The notes: generated by a model not told the origin, from the sequence alone. Shown: positions 49,400-60,272, numbered from the stretch's first letter. The stretch: DNA of 64,000 nt from a candidate division WWE3 bacterium (GCA_052035175.1 JBPOHV010000001.1:523338-587337); one strand, 5' to 3'. Made by a program: numbers and translations.

Positions 49400-50302
49400 A
49401 TGAAAACACTTAAAGCCACTACAACTGACGGTATAATTTACACAGGATTTTTGTTCGAGCCTGAAATTAAATCTGAGACCATAATTATTCATATTCACGG
49501 CATGAGTGGGGACATGTACATAGATACTTTTCAGCTACCAATGCAAACAGAATATCCAAAACATGGCATCGCTTATCTAGCAGGTGAAAATAGGGGTACT
49601 CATAGCATTACACAATTTGAAACTCCTAGTGGACAACTAAAAAATTTGGGTAACTCATATGAAATTTTTGAAGATTGTATTCTGGATATACAAGCGTGGG
49701 TAGATAAAGCAAAAGAAATGGGATACAAAAACATATGGCTACAAGGGCATTCTTTGGGCACATCTAAAATTGCATACTATTTAGCCCAAACAAAAACACA
49801 AGATATAAAAGGGTTGATCTTACTGAGTCCTTCAGACATGTTAGGCCTAGTTCAATACGAATCAAGCGGGAAAAAAGACCATGAGATATGTGCCGCAGAA
49901 GCGCAACTACTGATTTCACAAAATAAAAATGATCAATTGCTTTCACATAATTTATGGGGAGAAATGAAACTCTCAGCTAATACGTATATGAACTTCTTTG
50001 GGGATAAATCTAGTCTAGGGATATTTAACTATAGTATTAGTGATTTGGGATGGCAGTTAGTAAATACTTTGAGTGTACCAGTTATTGCTTTTACAGGAAC
50101 TAATGATGTAGGGATCGCACCAGTGATTGACCCAGACCAAGCAATGATAATTCTTGAAAAAGAGCTAGTAAATTCTCCACAGAAAAAATCCATAGTTTTC
50201 AAAGATGGGGATCACAGTTTTACAAACCTAGGTGACCAAATTGTTGACTATACTCTTAGCTTTATAAAGCAATGCAACCTGACTATACTTACGAATAGGT
50301 AG
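49400..50302 (+). CDS. Alpha/beta hydrolase (DUF1749-like)
   Basis: IHG, GHSLG, G.ND, DHSF. Confidence 0.85.
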   Translation: MKTLKATTTDGIIYTGFLFEPEIKSETIIIHIHGMSGDMYIDTFQLPMQTEYPKHGIAYLAGENRGTHSITQFETPSGQLKNLGNSYEIFEDCILDIQAWVDKAKEMGYKNIWLQGHSLGTSKIAYYLAQTKTQDIKGLILLSPSDMLGLVQYESSGKKDHEICAAEAQLLISQNKNDQLLSHNLWGEMKLSANTYMNFFGDKSSLGIFNYSISDLGWQLVNTLSVPVIAFTGTNDVGIAPVIDPDQAMIILEKELVNSPQKKSIVFKDGDHSFTNLGDQIVDYTLSFIKQCNLTILTNR

Positions 50303-50417
50303 CACTAATGGGCATATGATAGTAGAAAAATACAAGCTTATTTCTTATTCCTAACTTTAATATACTTTTATAGCACGCTGAGCTTATGCACAAGATTAAG
50401 CCCAGCTCTTATATTCA

Positions 50418-50666
50418 TTAAAACATTCTTGCTACAAACAAAACTACCAGTGCACCTGCAACAGCTATAAGCAGCGACATTGCATTAAATCCAGTTACAT
50501 CGACACCAAAAAGTCGTTGTCCTATGAAACCACCTACAACCGCGCCTATAATCCCAAGAATTATAGATCCTACGATACCTCCACTAGAACTTGGAGAAAT
50601 AAAATTGGCAATACTTCCCGCGATCAATCCAAACACTATCCAATAAATTATAGATATATTACTCAC
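50418..50666 (-). CDS. GlsB/YeaQ/YmgE stress membrane protein
   Basis: WI.FGLIAG.IA, LGIIGAVVGG, AV.GA. Confidence 0.9.
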   Translation of the reverse strand: MSNISIIYWIVFGLIAGSIANFISPSSSGGIVGSIILGIIGAVVGGFIGQRLFGVDVTGFNAMSLLIAVAGALVVLFVARMF

Positions 50667-50693
50667 CCCCTCTGTAAAAATTTACACAAATTA

Positions 50694-51128
50694 CTAAGCT
50701 TGTTGTTCTCCTGAGATTATACGAAGCAGTTTAACAATTCCCCATGATGCGAATCCATAAACAACTAAAGCCACCAAAGTTGCTGGCTCCAAGATAGACA
50801 CAGTCTCAATACCTTGCGATACTGCCTTGCTAAATATATCTTCAAAAGGCATTATGAATAACCCAGTTATTCCATATACGAAACCTACAAAAGCGCTTGA
50901 AGCACTTGCACCTGCTAATTTGAACAATAATCTAAAGAATAATAATATTTCTAAGAACCCAAAGAAAAAATAAATAAGATACTCTATAGTTTGTGAACTA
51001 GTAGCTGCTACTTTGACTTGAGTAGCCATGAGCGGAGTACTTTCTTTACCAGTTGGATTATTTAGTACTGCTGAAGGCGAAGATATATCACTCTGACTTG
51101 TGATTGTTTCTTTTATTACATCTGCCAT
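50694..51128 (-). CDS. YggT-like membrane protein
   Basis: LE.LL.FR..FKL.GA, F..FVY.IT..PF. Confidence 0.7.
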   Translation of the reverse strand: MADVIKETITSQSDISSPSAVLNNPTGKESTPLMATQVKVAATSSQTIEYLIYFFFGFLEILLFFRLLFKLAGASASSAFVGFVYGITGLFIMPFEDIFSKAVSQGIETVSILEPATLVALVVYGFASWGIVKLLRIISGEQQA

Positions 51129-51168
51129 AATATTCACCTCCTTATAAATGAAATAAATTAATAAAATC

Positions 51169-51429
51169 TTATTTACTTTCTGAAGCCATAGCATCTTTTA
51201 CAGCATTTACTTTGTTTTCGACTTTTTCTTTACCTTCTGTAAGCTTTTCTGCTATTTCATCTTTTTTCTCTATTACACTAGCTTTTACTTCTGCTATTTT
51301 TGCTTGAGTCTTATCATCTTTAATAGCTATTACAGCAGCTGCGGCGACGACTGCGCCTACTACAGCAGCAGCTACAGGACTTATACCTGACTTTGCATCT
51401 TCTTGCTTTGTATTATTAGTATCATTCAT
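51169..51429 (-). CDS. Small Ala/Lys-rich protein (YtxH-like)
   Basis: Hydrophobic AAVVGAVV segment followed by charged helix; AGGTG SD. Confidence 0.6.
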   Translation of the reverse strand: MNDTNNTKQEDAKSGISPVAAAVVGAVVAAAAVIAIKDDKTQAKIAEVKASVIEKKDEIAEKLTEGKEKVENKVNAVKDAMASESK

Positions 51430-51508
51430 ATATCTCACCTACTTTCGAAAGATAAATCAATTACGCGTTAATCTTATTGTTAATGAAAATATCAGGATAT
51501 ATCTATGG

Positions 51509-51694
51509 TTAATGATCAGTATCAGCTGTAATTACAGCTTTTTTTATAACAGTTTCTTGAGGTAAATAGCTAAATAACGCCAACTCTACAAGCTCTGTTA
51601 AAGTAATTTCTTCGATTACTGCTTGTGCTTTGGCTTGCTTTACAATAGTTGGTTTCAAAAAGAGAGTCGTTCTAAGTTTGTTGTTGTGGTTCAC
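51509..51694 (-). CDS. Small ribbon-helix-helix-like protein
   Basis: RTTLFL.P...K.AK..A......LTELVE.AL. Confidence 0.55.
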   Translation of the reverse strand: MNHNNKLRTTLFLKPTIVKQAKAQAVIEEITLTELVELALFSYLPQETVIKKAVITADTDH

Positions 51695-51766
51695 GTACTT
51701 GTCATACTGCGCTTAGTTGATACACTTGTCAACCAAGTCATACTATATGCTTAGTATATAGACAGA

Positions 51767-52801
51767 TTAATCATTTTTTACATTTCGACCAACAGCGTCA
51801 TAAGTAAGCTTTGATATTTCTTTGAGCGCATTTGATAACTGAGAAAAATCATTTCCCCGCGTCATAACACATAACAGATAAGGGTCTTTCTCAGCATAAA
51901 TAATGCCGCAGTCGTGCAATTGTTTTTCTTGTGTAGAAGCATTACTGCGTTCTCCAAACTTATGTGATACCAAAATATCATCTGGAACGCCTGCAACGAT
52001 TCCTTCTGTATAAACCACATCACTCAGCAGTTTCAAAGCTTTTTCAGAATATTGCCTGCTCAAATATGAAGAGTTGTACAACACTCTAAACAGTGACGAA
52101 TATTCAATCAAAGATAAAACTTTTTCAGTTGGATTTGTTTCGAGAGGTACAATATCTATACCCAAATCGCTAAAAACCCCGTTAAATTCGGCTATTGTTA
52201 AATTATCTTTCAAAGTTTTATAAGCGGTATTATCAGAATAAACAATCATGTGCTTTATCAACTCATCAACCGTATATTTTGAACCAACTGTCAAAGTTAC
52301 ATCAGGTTTAAATTCATCTTCTTGGCTTATATTTGGAATTGTTTCTTTTACCTCGAGTAACTGATCTAAAACTTTTGGATTAGTTTCTGCCTTTTTGTAG
52401 TAAATCATCATGATCGGAACTTTTATCAAACTAGCAGGTGTAAACAAACTCGATTGATTAATGCCAAACCAAGGGCCATTGTTTAAGTCTCTATAATACA
52501 CTGCTGCATGAGTAAACTCTTTTTTTGACAAACCACTATTTATATAACTAGTTAAGGTAGCTTTAATAGCATTAGGAAACACTGCATTATCAAATTCGGT
52601 ATCGCATTCTAGTAAAGGGTTTATAAAAGTATACTGCTCTTTTAGACGAGTTTCGTGTGACGTTGAAATGGGTTTGAAACTCTTTGTAATTAGTATGCCA
52701 AGTGTCAGACCTATAATAACAGCTATTAAAACCAAATATACAACTGTATTTTTACGAATGTATTTTTGACTATGGTCAATATCTAAATCAGACTGTAGCA
52801 C
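51767..52801 (-). CDS. Class A beta-lactamase-like serine hydrolase
   Basis: PASLIK, SDN, HKFG, HDCGII. Confidence 0.85.
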   Translation of the reverse strand: MLQSDLDIDHSQKYIRKNTVVYLVLIAVIIGLTLGILITKSFKPISTSHETRLKEQYTFINPLLECDTEFDNAVFPNAIKATLTSYINSGLSKKEFTHAAVYYRDLNNGPWFGINQSSLFTPASLIKVPIMMIYYKKAETNPKVLDQLLEVKETIPNISQEDEFKPDVTLTVGSKYTVDELIKHMIVYSDNTAYKTLKDNLTIAEFNGVFSDLGIDIVPLETNPTEKVLSLIEYSSLFRVLYNSSYLSRQYSEKALKLLSDVVYTEGIVAGVPDDILVSHKFGERSNASTQEKQLHDCGIIYAEKDPYLLCVMTRGNDFSQLSNALKEISKLTYDAVGRNVKND

Positions 52802-52852
52802 CGCTATATTATAAATGATATCAGGGTATTTATAAAACTGTTGTAGCTTGCA

Positions 52853-53581
52853 CTAAAGCAAAAACAACAACATGTACAAAGACATAAAAAACATAGAACC
52901 ATTTTCCAAAAGGGTTACTTTAGTCATAGGTAGATTAAAAAACGTCCCCACACAAGCACATTGTATCTTTTGATTTGTTTTTAGTGAATTGTAAATACCC
53001 AGCGAACCCACAAACATAATTATTAGCGTAATTAAATTTGTAATAATAGGATAAGCGTCAAAGAAAAAAGCTAGACCAAGCAATAACTCGATAAATGGAT
53101 AAAACAAACCATAACTAACAAACCTTTTTGCTACGATATCGTATTTGCTAAAAGCTTGTGCGAAACCGTTTAAATTTATTAACTTTAATGACCCAAAAAT
53201 CATAAAAAAATAAGACATGTAAAATCTTAAAATAGTATGTATACCTAATTGTTCTTTTATAAACACAGTTGCAACAGTAAGGATAAGAACAATAGAAATA
53301 ATTAAGATTAAAGGTATAAATGTGCGAAAACGGTTTGAACTTGATACAGAAGTTGTATTTGTTGGTGCATGATATTCCACTAATTTATAATTACCTTCTA
53401 GTGAACTTAACGCATTATTAAGTGTTTCTAAAGTTATCTCTTGTGCCGAATCAAAAGTCACCAATGTATCATCGAGGCTTACTACGACATTTGAAATATT
53501 ATCAAGACTAGATATTTTTGACTTTATTTTGGATACACAATTTGCACAATGCATGCCTATAACTGAATATTTATGTTCCAT
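52853..53581 (-). CDS. Heavy-metal-associated (HMA) domain + MauE/DoxX membrane protein
   Basis: GMHCANC; YP..EL.LG; CAC.G. Confidence 0.85.
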   Translation of the reverse strand: MEHKYSVIGMHCANCVSKIKSKISSLDNISNVVVSLDDTLVTFDSAQEITLETLNNALSSLEGNYKLVEYHAPTNTTSVSSSNRFRTFIPLILIISIVLILTVATVFIKEQLGIHTILRFYMSYFFMIFGSLKLINLNGFAQAFSKYDIVAKRFVSYGLFYPFIELLLGLAFFFDAYPIITNLITLIIMFVGSLGIYNSLKTNQKIQCACVGTFFNLPMTKVTLLENGSMFFMSLYMLLFLL

Positions 53582-53646
53582 AGCATAATAATATCACCCG
53601 TAACAACACAGTACTGTACTAATGAACAAGTTGTTATACTAAACAC

Positions 53647-55077
53647 ATGTACAAACAAGCTACGCTTACATTACCCGAATACCCATCACTAGAAACCGGC
53701 ACACAGCTTGATAAAGCAACTATTGAAGCCGCATTGGGTACTACGGCAGTTAGGAGTATAAATGCACAACTGCAAATGAATACTGAAGTTATGGTTATTG
53801 GTAGCACAGCGCTTGTTGCCACTGTTAATGCAATCCCAACAGATATCACGCGCACACGTTTGCCTGAAACCGAAGCAGATACCGATATATATACATCAGG
53901 TATCGACATACTTACGCCAGATGCGCATTCTCTAGCTGAGCTTCGTGAGTATAGGGCTGCAGCACTTAGTGACTTACAAACTACAGGCATTAATATGCCA
54001 GAAGAGGTCGACGATATAATCGACAGGTTGATTCAAATGCAGCATGAGGTCAACCTCCAAGATTTTTGCCGTACAGAATTTCTTTTTGCACATGAAACAC
54101 CTGCCTTAATAGTACAAAAAGATATACAAGGTGAAACCAACTATCATTGTTTTGATCCGCTAAACGTACTTTCACAAACCCAAGCGCATAATTTACAATT
54201 TACACATACACACAACATGCCTTTACTGCAAACAAACACACAAAGCATTAAGTTTGCCTACTTGAAAACCTTAGCTTGCAATCATAAATTTCAAGCACAT
54301 ACTATGGCTGCTTTGTGGGCGTTAGAATCAATTCCTAGAAGTATAAAAGCACAGGCAGAATTAAACCTTACACCAGATTTTGATGATCCAAGAATTTTAC
54401 CAAGCCAAATTCTAGCCAATCGGATAGCCAATGGCGATAATGTCGTGGCAACCACGCTTCACATTAACGACAAAACAAAAAACATAGACACGTACTTGTG
54501 GTTTAAACAAAGAGTCTTGCGCAATTATGGACAGGCGTGCGCGACCGATCCTGCTACGGCGTTCAAAATGTTTGTCGACTATCCACTATTGGGCATGCTA
54601 TCTCAAGATGCTTTAGCAGAATTACCAGACCTAGGACCAGTTCACATCGATACTAATGATGCCCCAATAAACACAATAGAACTTGCAAATACCATCAGCA
54701 AAAAAACTGATAAAACCTTGCTAAAATATCGAAAACTAATTAATTATTATTACGGTGGAAAGTATATAGATATCAATAATGCTACAGGAAATACCATAAC
54801 CAAGACCTACAGTCGCGAAACACATCCTACGTCTATCAATGAACCCATTGCGCTGCTAATTGTAGCTTTGGGTTGGGATACTAATAATACTGAAGATATG
54901 GATAAAGTGAATCGCCTTGTGCAAAACTGGCAACAAACAGTTGGTACACATACATACGATACTTTTTGGAAAAATGAGAAACGAAGTTTTGATCTAACAA
55001 TGGACAGTACCTCAATAGTAGAGCTAGTTAATGATATCAAGCAAAACCCTGATAAATATTTACAAGAAGTCATATGA
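53647..55077 (+). CDS. Hypothetical protein, possible N-terminal nucleotidyltransferase-like motif
   Basis: 476-aa ORF; VIGSTA...DTDI. Confidence 0.55.
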   Translation: MYKQATLTLPEYPSLETGTQLDKATIEAALGTTAVRSINAQLQMNTEVMVIGSTALVATVNAIPTDITRTRLPETEADTDIYTSGIDILTPDAHSLAELREYRAAALSDLQTTGINMPEEVDDIIDRLIQMQHEVNLQDFCRTEFLFAHETPALIVQKDIQGETNYHCFDPLNVLSQTQAHNLQFTHTHNMPLLQTNTQSIKFAYLKTLACNHKFQAHTMAALWALESIPRSIKAQAELNLTPDFDDPRILPSQILANRIANGDNVVATTLHINDKTKNIDTYLWFKQRVLRNYGQACATDPATAFKMFVDYPLLGMLSQDALAELPDLGPVHIDTNDAPINTIELANTISKKTDKTLLKYRKLINYYYGGKYIDINNATGNTITKTYSRETHPTSINEPIALLIVALGWDTNNTEDMDKVNRLVQNWQQTVGTHTYDTFWKNEKRSFDLTMDSTSIVELVNDIKQNPDKYLQEVI

Positions 55078-56300
55078 AGTTAATAACCAAACCTTTTTCT
55101 GAAAATAAAATAGCAGAGTTCAAAAATAAAATCTTGACACGATCTGCACAACTTCAAAACGTTACACTAAACTTTATACCAGGTACGGGTGTTACATCTA
55201 TCTTGAGTTACTTATTAAGAGAAAGACAGAATATAGGAGAGTACACTCAAAATCATCTCTTTATCTTAATTAATGTTAATAAATTCAATATCAACTCAGA
55301 TCAAGAAATACAGCGAGCTGTAAGCATCATACAAAATATGTACAGTAATGACATTGCATTTCGCTTGGACTTATCTGTATATAACGTAAATGATCTAAAT
55401 GCATTTAAGAACCTTATTCATGAGCTTACTTTTAAACATAAATATGAACTAACGTTTATGTTTACTGAAGCTGCTTCTTTATTTTTTTCAAAGTCAACGA
55501 CACTGCATGAGTTATACGAGATATTGAAAATCAACCCCATGCTAACATCTGGGGTATTTTTTAATATATTTGAGTACGATGATGCTGATATCAATAGGCT
55601 AGGGGAGTTGGCATCATTTTTTATACAAAATATTGAGTACTACAATGCAACTGATACATACTCACTAAATGCATACGTTCAAAATCAAGTAGCCTTCTTA
55701 TCCAAAACCTACAATAAGACGTTTATTAATAAATTAATTGATCTTTGCGATACAGATGCAAAGACTTTTAAACATGCTATAGATTTAGCAAATACCGAAG
55801 ATGACTTTGACAATAAATTCCTGAACTCAACTAATGTATACCACTTGCTCAACCCAGACTGGCTTAATACTAGATTTCAAGCAATTGTAAAAAACTTAAA
55901 ACCAGCATCCAAATCATGGTTGCAAACTGGTAAAACTAACCCAACAAAATTTTTACTCAAAACAAACTTTGTTACACCGATTAATTCAACATATCAGCGT
56001 TTTAATAAATTGTTTGAAGAATTTATAAAAAATGCCGATCTGGAAACAACAACCCGTAATGTAGCTGATACACAGCTTAGTGGTATTGAACAACTGGTCT
56101 TGGAATTTTTACTAAAGAATGAAGGCCAAATTGTATCCAAAACCGATATAGCCAAAATTTTATGGCAAAACTCTTGGGAAGAAAAGTATTCGGAATGGGC
56201 GATTGATAAGTTTTTATCACGGCTTAGATCTTCATTGTCGTCAATTAATTACAAAAAGGCGTTAAAAACTGTAAAAGGTAAAGGCGTTATTTTGGCCTAG
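55074..56300 (+). CDS. Regulator with C-terminal OmpR-type winged helix
   Basis: VSK.DIA..LW....SEWAIDK..SRLR..L...TVKGKG; degenerate P-loop PGTGVTS. Confidence 0.75.
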   Translation: MKLITKPFSENKIAEFKNKILTRSAQLQNVTLNFIPGTGVTSILSYLLRERQNIGEYTQNHLFILINVNKFNINSDQEIQRAVSIIQNMYSNDIAFRLDLSVYNVNDLNAFKNLIHELTFKHKYELTFMFTEAASLFFSKSTTLHELYEILKINPMLTSGVFFNIFEYDDADINRLGELASFFIQNIEYYNATDTYSLNAYVQNQVAFLSKTYNKTFINKLIDLCDTDAKTFKHAIDLANTEDDFDNKFLNSTNVYHLLNPDWLNTRFQAIVKNLKPASKSWLQTGKTNPTKFLLKTNFVTPINSTYQRFNKLFEEFIKNADLETTTRNVADTQLSGIEQLVLEFLLKNEGQIVSKTDIAKILWQNSWEEKYSEWAIDKFLSRLRSSLSSINYKKALKTVKGKGVILA

Positions 56301-56428
56301 ATAAAGCATAAACTGCCCACATGTCAGGAATAGTCAAATGGGAAATACCCTATAGTATTATTATTTTCTTATCAATTTAAACAACTCCCGCTACGGCGGG
56401 AATCAATGTTCATTAAAGGAGTTAATCG

Positions 56429-56779
56429 ATGAACGGAATTCATATTGGAGATGTAGTCTCAGTTGCAAGACAGGAGGACTTTGTCCGCTTAAATGTGGAC
56501 AAGATTTATCTGCTACTTGCACCTAAAAGCTTGACTGGAAAGTTTTATTCAGAAACCTCTGTGGTTTCTGTAGAAGACATTCAGACGGCTGGGAGACAAA
56601 AAGTCGATGATCACTTTCAGATTGAAGCCATTGAAGTTAGTGGTGAATATCTGTTTTGTGTTTATTACGAGTATGAAGACACACCAATTTCTATGGTTGC
56701 ATTGTCTCGTGATCAGGTGCACAACCTGTTTCTCACACTGCAACTGCAGCTGATCTTTCTCGCAGGAGGTGCGAAATGA
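56429..56779 (+). CDS. Hypothetical protein
   Basis: AAGGAG SD; coupled to next gene. Confidence 0.65.
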   Translation: MNGIHIGDVVSVARQEDFVRLNVDKIYLLLAPKSLTGKFYSETSVVSVEDIQTAGRQKVDDHFQIEAIEVSGEYLFCVYYEYEDTPISMVALSRDQVHNLFLTLQLQLIFLAGGAK

Positions 56780-57243
56780 TTGCAAAACTGAAAGAAAACA
56801 AAGGCGAGCTCCTGCTCGCTGCTGCTTTTCTCGTGCTGGTAGGGGTTGTTGTATGGCTGAGTTTTCAACTCTACATTTTGTCCCCATCAACAGAGGCGTG
56901 CAGTCAGTCGAGAGGGCTCGGTTATGTCTCTTCATCTGCTTTCCGCGATGGAAAGCAGGTATATGAGATTGAATTCCTAGATGCTGATGAAGCAATCAGC
57001 ATCAACGCTGTTACCAACAACGGTATTCCCCAAGAATACTGGTTTGGTAGCACCAAACGATTTGTAGTCAACGAACAGGACACAGTTGTAACTGTCGTTG
57101 TCAAAACTCCAAATCGTTGCCGGGATGGAGTCCAAAGCACTACGTACGTTTTTGTCCCTCGGGAAGAGAGCACACCGTGGCGCTTGGCGTTCATGATTTG
57201 GGACGATGCTTCCAATCAAATGCCCCCGATGATTGTTCGGTAG
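56776..57243 (+). CDS. Membrane-anchored hypothetical protein
   Basis: AGGAGG SD, N-terminal TM. Confidence 0.65.
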   Translation: MIAKLKENKGELLLAAAFLVLVGVVVWLSFQLYILSPSTEACSQSRGLGYVSSSAFRDGKQVYEIEFLDADEAISINAVTNNGIPQEYWFGSTKRFVVNEQDTVVTVVVKTPNRCRDGVQSTTYVFVPREESTPWRLAFMIWDDASNQMPPMIVR

Positions 57244-57340
57244 CTCCTTTGTCCACACGTCTGGCTATATGCCAAATGCTAAATCCAGACTTTGTCTGCG
57301 TGTGGAACTCATATTTATAATATATAATCACTGTAATAAC

Positions 57341-57742
57341 ATGAACGACTCTTACACATGGTACTCAACACTAATCAAACCATCTTGGGCACCACCCAGT
57401 TGGGTATTTGGTCCAGTTTGGACATTTTTATACATCATAATCGCAATAACATTTGGACTAATCTTTTATAAATGGCTTGTAGGAAAGCTAGCCTGGCAAG
57501 TAGCTTTACCATTTGTTTTAAATATACTCTTTAACTTTGCATTTACACCCATTCAATTTGGTCTCAAAAACAATATGTTAGCGGCAGCAGACATCACGTT
57601 GGTTTTAGTCACACTAGTTTGGGGATTGATTAGCATTTCGAAATATATGCGCTGGATCGTATTTGCAAACTTACCTTACTTAGCATGGGTGCTTTTTGCA
57701 ACAATACTACAATTTTCAATTACTTATTTAAATAAAGGATAA
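57341..57742 (+). CDS. TspO/MBR family protein
   Basis: WY..L.KP.WAPP.WVFGPVWT.LY, PY.AW..FA. Confidence 0.92.
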   Translation: MNDSYTWYSTLIKPSWAPPSWVFGPVWTFLYIIIAITFGLIFYKWLVGKLAWQVALPFVLNILFNFAFTPIQFGLKNNMLAAADITLVLVTLVWGLISISKYMRWIVFANLPYLAWVLFATILQFSITYLNKG

Positions 57743-57744
57743 TT

Positions 57745-58143
57745 ATGTTTATTAAAATATATTTAATTGCGTTACCTGTATTTCTTCTTGTAGATATGAT
57801 TTGGCTTGGAGTTGTCGCCAAAACTTTTTATGCAAAACACATTGGTTTCTTGATGAAGTCAGATGTAAATTGGAGTGCTGCTCTAATTTTCTACTTATTG
57901 TTTATTTTGGGATTAGTGTTATTTGTCCTAGCGCCTGCACTACAACAACAATCATGGCTATATGCTTTAGCAATGGGTGCATTGTTTGGGTTGATAACTT
58001 ATGCAACATACGACTTGACTAACTTGGCTACTTTAAAAGACTGGCCACTTATAGTAACTGTAGTAGATTTATTATGGGGTACTACTTTGGCTGCAATTGT
58101 GTCTGTAATTAGCTTTTTGATTTCTACAAAGATCGGTATATGA
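57745..58143 (+). CDS. DUF2177 family membrane protein
   Basis: DMIWLG, YATYDLTN.ATL..W, VDL.WG. Confidence 0.88.
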   Translation: MFIKIYLIALPVFLLVDMIWLGVVAKTFYAKHIGFLMKSDVNWSAALIFYLLFILGLVLFVLAPALQQQSWLYALAMGALFGLITYATYDLTNLATLKDWPLIVTVVDLLWGTTLAAIVSVISFLISTKIGI

Positions 58144-58901
58144 ATGTATATCTTGATTTAGGATTAATATTGGCAGGTTACGCAGTATGCTGGTTTCTTT
58201 TCTCAATAATACTCAAGCGTATGGATATAGCAGATATTGCTTGGGGACTAGGCTTTATTTTAATAAACTGGTATATATTTTTCATTAGCGGAAGTAGCAT
58301 AAAAGGGCTCGTTGTTAATATATTGATCTCTATTTGGGGCGGAAGATTGGCATTTCATATTTACAAAAGAAATCACAACAAACAAGAAGATGCGCGTTAT
58401 GCAGAATGGAGAAAATCGTGGAAACATTTTTATTTACGAAGCTTTTTGCAAGTTTTCTTGCTTCAAAGTTTTTTGATCTATATCATTTCACTTCCAGCTA
58501 TTTTTATTAATTTGAATAATTCTGTTGTAGACATATTTTTAGTCTCTGGAGTAATAGTTTGGATAGCGGGGTTTTATTTTGAAACAGTAGGCGATAAGCA
58601 ATTAGCAACTTTTATAAAGAATCCAGAAAATAAAGATAAAATTATGACTAGTGGACTTTGGAGATATACAAGGCACCCAAATTATTTTGGCGAAGTAGTA
58701 ATGTGGTGGGGAATATTTGTATGCAGTTTGGGGATACCAAATGCTATTTTTACTATAATCGGGCCTTTAACCATTACGTATCTCATTCTCTTTGTTTCGG
58801 GAATTCCGCTTTTGGAAAAAAGATATACCGGCAATACCGAATACGAATTATATAAAAAAAGAACCAGTGCCTTTATACCATTACCTCCAAAATCTGTATG
58901 A
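58140..58901 (+). CDS. DUF1295 family membrane protein
   Basis: ADIAWG, EDARY, GLWRYTRHPNYFGE, SGIPLLE. Confidence 0.9.
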   Translation: MNVYLDLGLILAGYAVCWFLFSIILKRMDIADIAWGLGFILINWYIFFISGSSIKGLVVNILISIWGGRLAFHIYKRNHNKQEDARYAEWRKSWKHFYLRSFLQVFLLQSFLIYIISLPAIFINLNNSVVDIFLVSGVIVWIAGFYFETVGDKQLATFIKNPENKDKIMTSGLWRYTRHPNYFGEVVMWWGIFVCSLGIPNAIFTIIGPLTITYLILFVSGIPLLEKRYTGNTEYELYKKRTSAFIPLPPKSV

Positions 58902-59407
58902 AAAAGAAAATCGTATTTGTAAATGATTTGATGCAAAATGACTATTCATATGAACTAGTAGAACCCATTGGTAAAAACTTTGACCCATTGTTTAAACCAG
59001 AACTATCACCACAAGAAATGCTTGAACTAGGCGTATTTGGTGGTAAATATATGACTGATTGTATAGACGAATTTCCAAGAGCATGGTTTCAAAATGCCAA
59101 ACTATGTCGTGAATTTCATAACCCCAATTTAAATTACTTTGAGATTAATGCATCACAACCTTTGAGTGTGTGGCGTAAAATGGGATGGATATACGACGAA
59201 GACCCACGTGGATGGTTTCAGTGGTATTGTAGATACTATTTTGGTCGAAGAATTCCACCTGAAGACACAAGGCAAATCAAAAGATGGCGTGCAATAAAAA
59301 GACATATTATTCAGTTACAAAAGAATTGTTTGCCAAAAGATTTAGCGTGTAGAAAAAAGCAGCAACAAGCAATTTTGCATTGGGCTTATGATAGTAGAAA
59401 AATATGA
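58898..59407 (+). CDS. Conserved hypothetical protein
   Basis: P.EML.LGVFGGKY, DPRGWFQWYCRYY.GRR, QA.LHWAYD. Confidence 0.75.
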   Translation: MKKKIVFVNDLMQNDYSYELVEPIGKNFDPLFKPELSPQEMLELGVFGGKYMTDCIDEFPRAWFQNAKLCREFHNPNLNYFEINASQPLSVWRKMGWIYDEDPRGWFQWYCRYYFGRRIPPEDTRQIKRWRAIKRHIIQLQKNCLPKDLACRKKQQQAILHWAYDSRKI

Positions 59408-59468
59408 AATCAAAATATTTGGTGATAATATATTATCCAATTAATATAGTTTTTATATCTATAATCAA

Positions 59469-60272
59469 ATGAGGCTTTTAACATATTTACATGATCCTGA
59501 TGATTTATACATACCTTTACTTACAAATCTTGTAATACCTGAGGAACTTAAAGATTCAATTATTGCGATATCACCAACAACTACCGATAAAGTTCGTAAA
59601 CTAGTCAACACGTTAAGTCTCAAAGAAATTGAAGGTGGTACTTACGGGACTGCGCGCATAAATTTACTAAACGAGCATATAAAGTCAAAAGAAGCTGGGG
59701 ATGCATTTGTGTGTGATTTTGACAAAGTAATACACTGGCTTAATACAAATAAAAGCGAATTTTTGCAAACTTTCAATCAACAGTACACTGTTGATTTAAC
59801 TATAGTTGGAAGATCTGTCAAAGCTACAGCAACCTATCCACATTCTTGGATTGATACAGAAAGTATTGCTACGCGCATACTCGCTAAAATTATAAGGCAA
59901 AACCTCGACTTTATGAATGGACCAAGTATATTGAGCAATAAAGCTGCAAATATATTTGCCAAAAATGCAAATGAAACTGGAGTAGGATCATGCGTAGAAT
60001 TTTGCCTGTTGGCACATACAAATAACCTATCAATAAATACTATAGAGGTAGATGGATTAACATGGGAAGACCCTGATAGATATAAAGAAATGATACAACA
60101 AGCTTTAACATATGAAGATTGGAAATATGATGTGTACGACTCTTTATATGAATGGCGAAAACGGGTTGAATTTTTGAATAAACAAGTCGAAGTAATGATT
60201 AGATACTCAGAAGAGCCAACAAATCCAAAATACCCACTCGTTCATAACAAAACAATAGAAAATACTAGATAG
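59469..60272 (+). CDS. Hypothetical protein, possible GT-A-like fold
   Basis: HDP, CDFD, GR, L.WE.PD motifs. Confidence 0.6.
   Translation: MRLLTYLHDPDDLYIPLLTNLVIPEELKDSIIAISPTTTDKVRKLVNTLSLKEIEGGTYGTARINLLNEHIKSKEAGDAFVCDFDKVIHWLNTNKSEFLQTFNQQYTVDLTIVGRSVKATATYPHSWIDTESIATRILAKIIRQNLDFMNGPSILSNKAANIFAKNANETGVGSCVEFCLLAHTNNLSINTIEVDGLTWEDPDRYKEMIQQALTYEDWKYDVYDSLYEWRKRVEFLNKQVEVMIRYSEEPTNPKYPLVHNKTIENTR

Noticed and set aside
42587-52801. Beta-lactam resistance genes
   Set aside because: Membrane-anchored class A-like serine hydrolases; motifs alone do not show beta-lactamase activity
56549-57320. Several overlapping alternative-frame ORFs
   Set aside because: Explained by locally higher GC; only the two SD-led + strand genes are supported
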